This document shows, one piece after another, positions 61,088-64,000 of a stretch of 64,000 nt of DNA (position 1 is its first letter; each line of letters starts with the position of its first letter). The stretch covers positions 1,728,001-1,792,000 of the forward strand of contig CBDCNP010000002.1 of the NCBI GenBank assembly GCA_965219415.1. The letters run 5' to 3'. This DNA comes from Candidatus Marinacidobacterales bacterium. Lineage in GTDB: Bacteria > Acidobacteriota > Vicinamibacteria > Marinacidobacterales > DATDRI01. A program made the position numbers and the translations under genes. The notes under the pieces were generated by a model, which was given only the letters and a program-made list of their open reading frames with translations, did not search any database and was not told where the DNA came from.

Positions 61088-61991
61088 GCTGCTTCCTCCG
61101 GTTCCCGCCGTCGTGCTCGCCGACAATCTGAGGCAGATTCCCCTTTTCAGCTTCGTAGGCGTCGACGAGCTCTTTCGTATCTCATCTATCGCCCGCCAGG
61201 TGCGTCATGAAGAGGGCCGCACCATCCAGGAAGAGGGCGCGCCCGTGGAGTACATCCAAGTCCTCGTCGAGGGCAAGATCCACGTCTCGGGTAAACAACG
61301 GGAGGAAGAAGAAGTAGGCCCGCCGACATTGCTTGGGTTCCGCGAGGTACTGGAGGGTGCCCCTCTGCGAGAAACCGCCCGCGCCGTCGAAACATCCATC
61401 TGCCTTGCCATCGCCAGCGAAGAGTTTCGCGTTCTTTTGTCCGACAATATCGAGCTGGCTCAGGGTCTCTTCCGGATGCTGCTCAGCGCTCCTTCAGGAA
61501 AGGAAAAACCAAGTATCCGTGAGCGTGCGGTGCACCCGGAAGAAAGGTCCCTAGACACGGCAGGTAGTGAGAGGTTGAAACCCATCGAAAAAGTGCTCCT
61601 CCTCCAAGAGCTGCCCGTTTTTTCCAGAACGACCGCCGACGAGCTGCTTGCCCTCACCGCCATCGCCCAAGAATTCCCGCTTGTCAAAGATGAGCGTATT
61701 TTCAGTGAGGGAGATCAGCCCGCGATCCACATCATCCTTTCGGGAGAGGTATTGGTTGAACCCCCCGAGGACACCGTCGGCGGTGCCTTAGTAGTCAAGG
61801 CAGGCGACGCGCTGGGCCTCGACGAAACCCTAGCCGGAACCCCCTTCGGCTGGCGTGGTAACGTGGTTGAAGAAGGCTTGGCTCTCCGCATCGAGCGAGA
61901 ACGACTCTTCGAAGTCTTGGCGGACCACGTAGATCTCCTGCAGGGATTGTTCAGCTCCTTGTTCCAGTCCGAGCCTGGTACGAGCACCTAG
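61077..61991 (+). CDS. Tandem cyclic-nucleotide-binding domain protein
   Basis: Two CNB-like repeats (LRQIPLFS..; LQELPVFS..IFSEGD..IILSGEV); RBS GGAGAGG; overlaps the NTT stop. Confidence 0.8.
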   Translation: MQFELLPPVPAVVLADNLRQIPLFSFVGVDELFRISSIARQVRHEEGRTIQEEGAPVEYIQVLVEGKIHVSGKQREEEEVGPPTLLGFREVLEGAPLRETARAVETSICLAIASEEFRVLLSDNIELAQGLFRMLLSAPSGKEKPSIRERAVHPEERSLDTAGSERLKPIEKVLLLQELPVFSRTTADELLALTAIAQEFPLVKDERIFSEGDQPAIHIILSGEVLVEPPEDTVGGALVVKAGDALGLDETLAGTPFGWRGNVVEEGLALRIERERLFEVLADHVDLLQGLFSSLFQSEPGTST

Positions 61992-63697
61992 TGAAGAACT
62001 TCGCTGTACTGGCCTTGCTGACGGGGTTACTCGTCGGCGCCGCCGAAGTGCCTGCCGAGGCAGCCGGGGAGCGGTACGATTGGGAAAACGTTCCGCGCAT
62101 CGTGGCGGTGGGCGATGTGCACGGGGCGTACGAGAATCTTCTCACCGTTCTCAAGAACGCAGAACTGATCGACGACGAGCTGGACTGGATTGGTGGTGAG
62201 GCTCATTTGGTTCAAGTCGGTGACGTGATCGATAGAGGTGCCGACTCGCGAAAGAGTATAGACTTCTACATGGAGCTTCAGAAGAAGGCGAAGAAGGCGG
62301 GCGGCCGAGTCCATGTCCTCATCGGCAATCACGAAGCCTTCAACATGGTTGGGATCACCGACTACGTCACACCAGAGATATACGAGAGTTTCTCCGATGC
62401 GAAGTCCGAGAAAACATGGGAACGTGGGCTCAAGATCTACTATGACGAGCACCTCAAGGAAGCAAGAGCAGCGAACAAGATCATCCCTTCCAAGGAAGAG
62501 GTCAAGGGAATTTTCCTTCAGAAGTACCCACGCGGTTACTTCGGTCACCGCGCGATGTTCGCAACCGGCGGTCGATACGGCAAGTGGATACGCGGAAACA
62601 ATGTTGCCGTTCGTTTGAACGGTATCGTCTTCACGCACGGCGATTGGAGCGAGGAAATCTCGGCAGTCGGTATCGAGAAGGTGAACGAAGAAGTCAGGAA
62701 TGAGTTGAACGGCAAGGCGGCCCTCGAAGAAGGGCTAACCTTTCACTTGAAGTCGCCCCTACAATATCGTGGGCTCGCCGAGGTCCCACTCAGCCGCCAA
62801 CCGCAGGAGGCACATCAGGAAGAGGTGGACCGGATTCTTGCCAACCTGGAGGCAGAGCGGATGGTCGTAGGCCACACCGTGACCCAAGGCGTCATCGAAC
62901 CCCGCTTCGGCGGCAAACACATTAGCATCGACACAGGCATGCTCGAACTCTACGAAGGAGGCCACCAGGTGGCGCTAGAGATCGAAGGCGATACCTTGAG
63001 TGCCATCCACCCCGGGGGCAAGGTGAAGCTTCCCGAGTACCTTGATGAGACGAACTTTGCCGCCTACTTGGAAGAAGTGGCGGCCGTGGACAAGGACAAC
63101 GTTACCGTCTACGTGAAGCTCTCGGAAGAGTACCTCGCCAAGGCTGACCTGGAGAGCGCGCGGCTTGCTATAGAGCAGCTCTTGCGCATGTCCAAGCCGG
63201 TCCCCTTCCGGTACAACAAGACGTTGGGAGATATCTATCGTGGCCTGGGAATGGCGGAGGAGGCTCGAGAACAGTACCTGCTCTACATGGACGGTCTAAA
63301 GAAGGTCGTCGAACGGACACCCGACAACCCACATCTCAAGAACCTAGTGGCCCGCTTCTCCTTGGATCACAACTTGGATCTGAACGTCGCCGAGGACATG
63401 ATCCGACAAGCAGTGAGCGAGCAACCCGACAATCCTTCTTTTCTTCTAACCTTCGGGCGCCTTCAGGTCGTGCTTCATCAGTACGCCCAAGCAATCGAGA
63501 ACCTGCAAGAAAGCATCGAGAGAGGCACCGAGGGCTACGAAGCCTATTACCAACTGGGGCTCGCTTATCTCGGGCTGGGAGACACCTCCAAGGCCCGCGA
63601 GGCCTTCGAGCTCGCCGTGCAAACCGATCCGACTGCCGGCGATGATGCCCGACAAGAGCTTCAGAAGCTAACTGATGCCGAGGATTTACCAAGGTAG
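61991..63697 (+). CDS. Exported metallophosphoesterase (Shewanella-like PPP phosphatase) with C-terminal TPRs
   Basis: Signal peptide; GDVHG, GDVIDRG, GNHE, HG, GHT, IDTG; TPR YYQLGLAY. Confidence 0.85.
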   Translation: MKNFAVLALLTGLLVGAAEVPAEAAGERYDWENVPRIVAVGDVHGAYENLLTVLKNAELIDDELDWIGGEAHLVQVGDVIDRGADSRKSIDFYMELQKKAKKAGGRVHVLIGNHEAFNMVGITDYVTPEIYESFSDAKSEKTWERGLKIYYDEHLKEARAANKIIPSKEEVKGIFLQKYPRGYFGHRAMFATGGRYGKWIRGNNVAVRLNGIVFTHGDWSEEISAVGIEKVNEEVRNELNGKAALEEGLTFHLKSPLQYRGLAEVPLSRQPQEAHQEEVDRILANLEAERMVVGHTVTQGVIEPRFGGKHISIDTGMLELYEGGHQVALEIEGDTLSAIHPGGKVKLPEYLDETNFAAYLEEVAAVDKDNVTVYVKLSEEYLAKADLESARLAIEQLLRMSKPVPFRYNKTLGDIYRGLGMAEEAREQYLLYMDGLKKVVERTPDNPHLKNLVARFSLDHNLDLNVAEDMIRQAVSEQPDNPSFLLTFGRLQVVLHQYAQAIENLQESIERGTEGYEAYYQLGLAYLGLGDTSKAREAFELAVQTDPTAGDDARQELQKLTDAEDLPR

Positions 63698-63731
63698 GAG
63701 GTCAAAGCCATGAGTAGACTGTATCTTTTGT

Positions 63732-64000
63732 GGGTCTACGCGGATTCGTGTGGGTTGAAAACTGCATTTCTGGGTAATGGCGGAAGGAAAGCCGCCACGA
63801 TCTTCAGCTTGAGATATTCCTCGTCGCGATAGCCGTAGGCGCGTCGTTGCAGAACACGGATTTTGTTGTTGACCCCTTCAACTAGGCCGAGACTGACTTT
63901 GTTCTCCGGATGACAGTAGGAGGCGATACCATCCCAATGGGACTCAATCATACCGGCGAACTTCTGGTACGGATGCAGGCGTTGCCATTTGAGGCTGTCT
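63732..64000 (-). mobile_element. ISL3-family element, 3' end (continues beyond window)
   Basis: IRR GGGTCTACGCGGATTCGTGTGGGT (63732-63755), 23/24 identical to the IR at 30310-30333; EGVNNKIRVLQRRAYGYRD. Confidence 0.9.

Noticed and set aside
30310-63755. The two ISL3 ends as boundaries of one composite transposon or island
   Set aside because: The IRs face away from the intervening DNA, the adjoining flanks (ATTAAGAT vs TCTTTTGT) are not a TSD, and the enclosed genes are ordinary housekeeping genes

Overview
GC-rich bacterial chromosomal window, most consistent with Acidobacteriota (Vicinamibacteria-like; inferred from an Acidobacterial-type VWA protein and overall gene content). It is mostly housekeeping: nth, bshB1, uvrA, a partial complex I operon (nuoA-B-C-D-G-H), rmuC, 2-oxoacid:ferredoxin oxidoreductase alpha/beta, pdxR-pdxS-pdxT, pal, pyrK-pyrD-pyrF, a GspE/PilB ATPase, and an NTT-HEAT / cNMP-binding / secreted phosphatase operon. 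There are five IS elements or remnants: IS110, ISNCY-like with a nested ISL3 fragment, an internally deleted IS256, and a second ISL3 at the right edge. At least three interspersed palindromic repeat families are present. No rRNA, tRNA or CRISPR array was seen. Highlights: (1) an IS110 whose bridge RNA can be read directly from the sequence (CT core, circle-junction promoter, four guide segments matching the reconstructed REP target and the donor junction); (2) a ~430-nt intergenic run of hairpins with minus-strand G-U bias, a candidate large ncRNA; (3) several apparent pseudo-enzymes (MreB-like, HtrA-like, kinase-like, bEBP-like); (4) disrupting mutations concentrated in signalling/accessory genes while long housekeeping genes are intact. 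All calls come from manual motif reading; no database searches were run.
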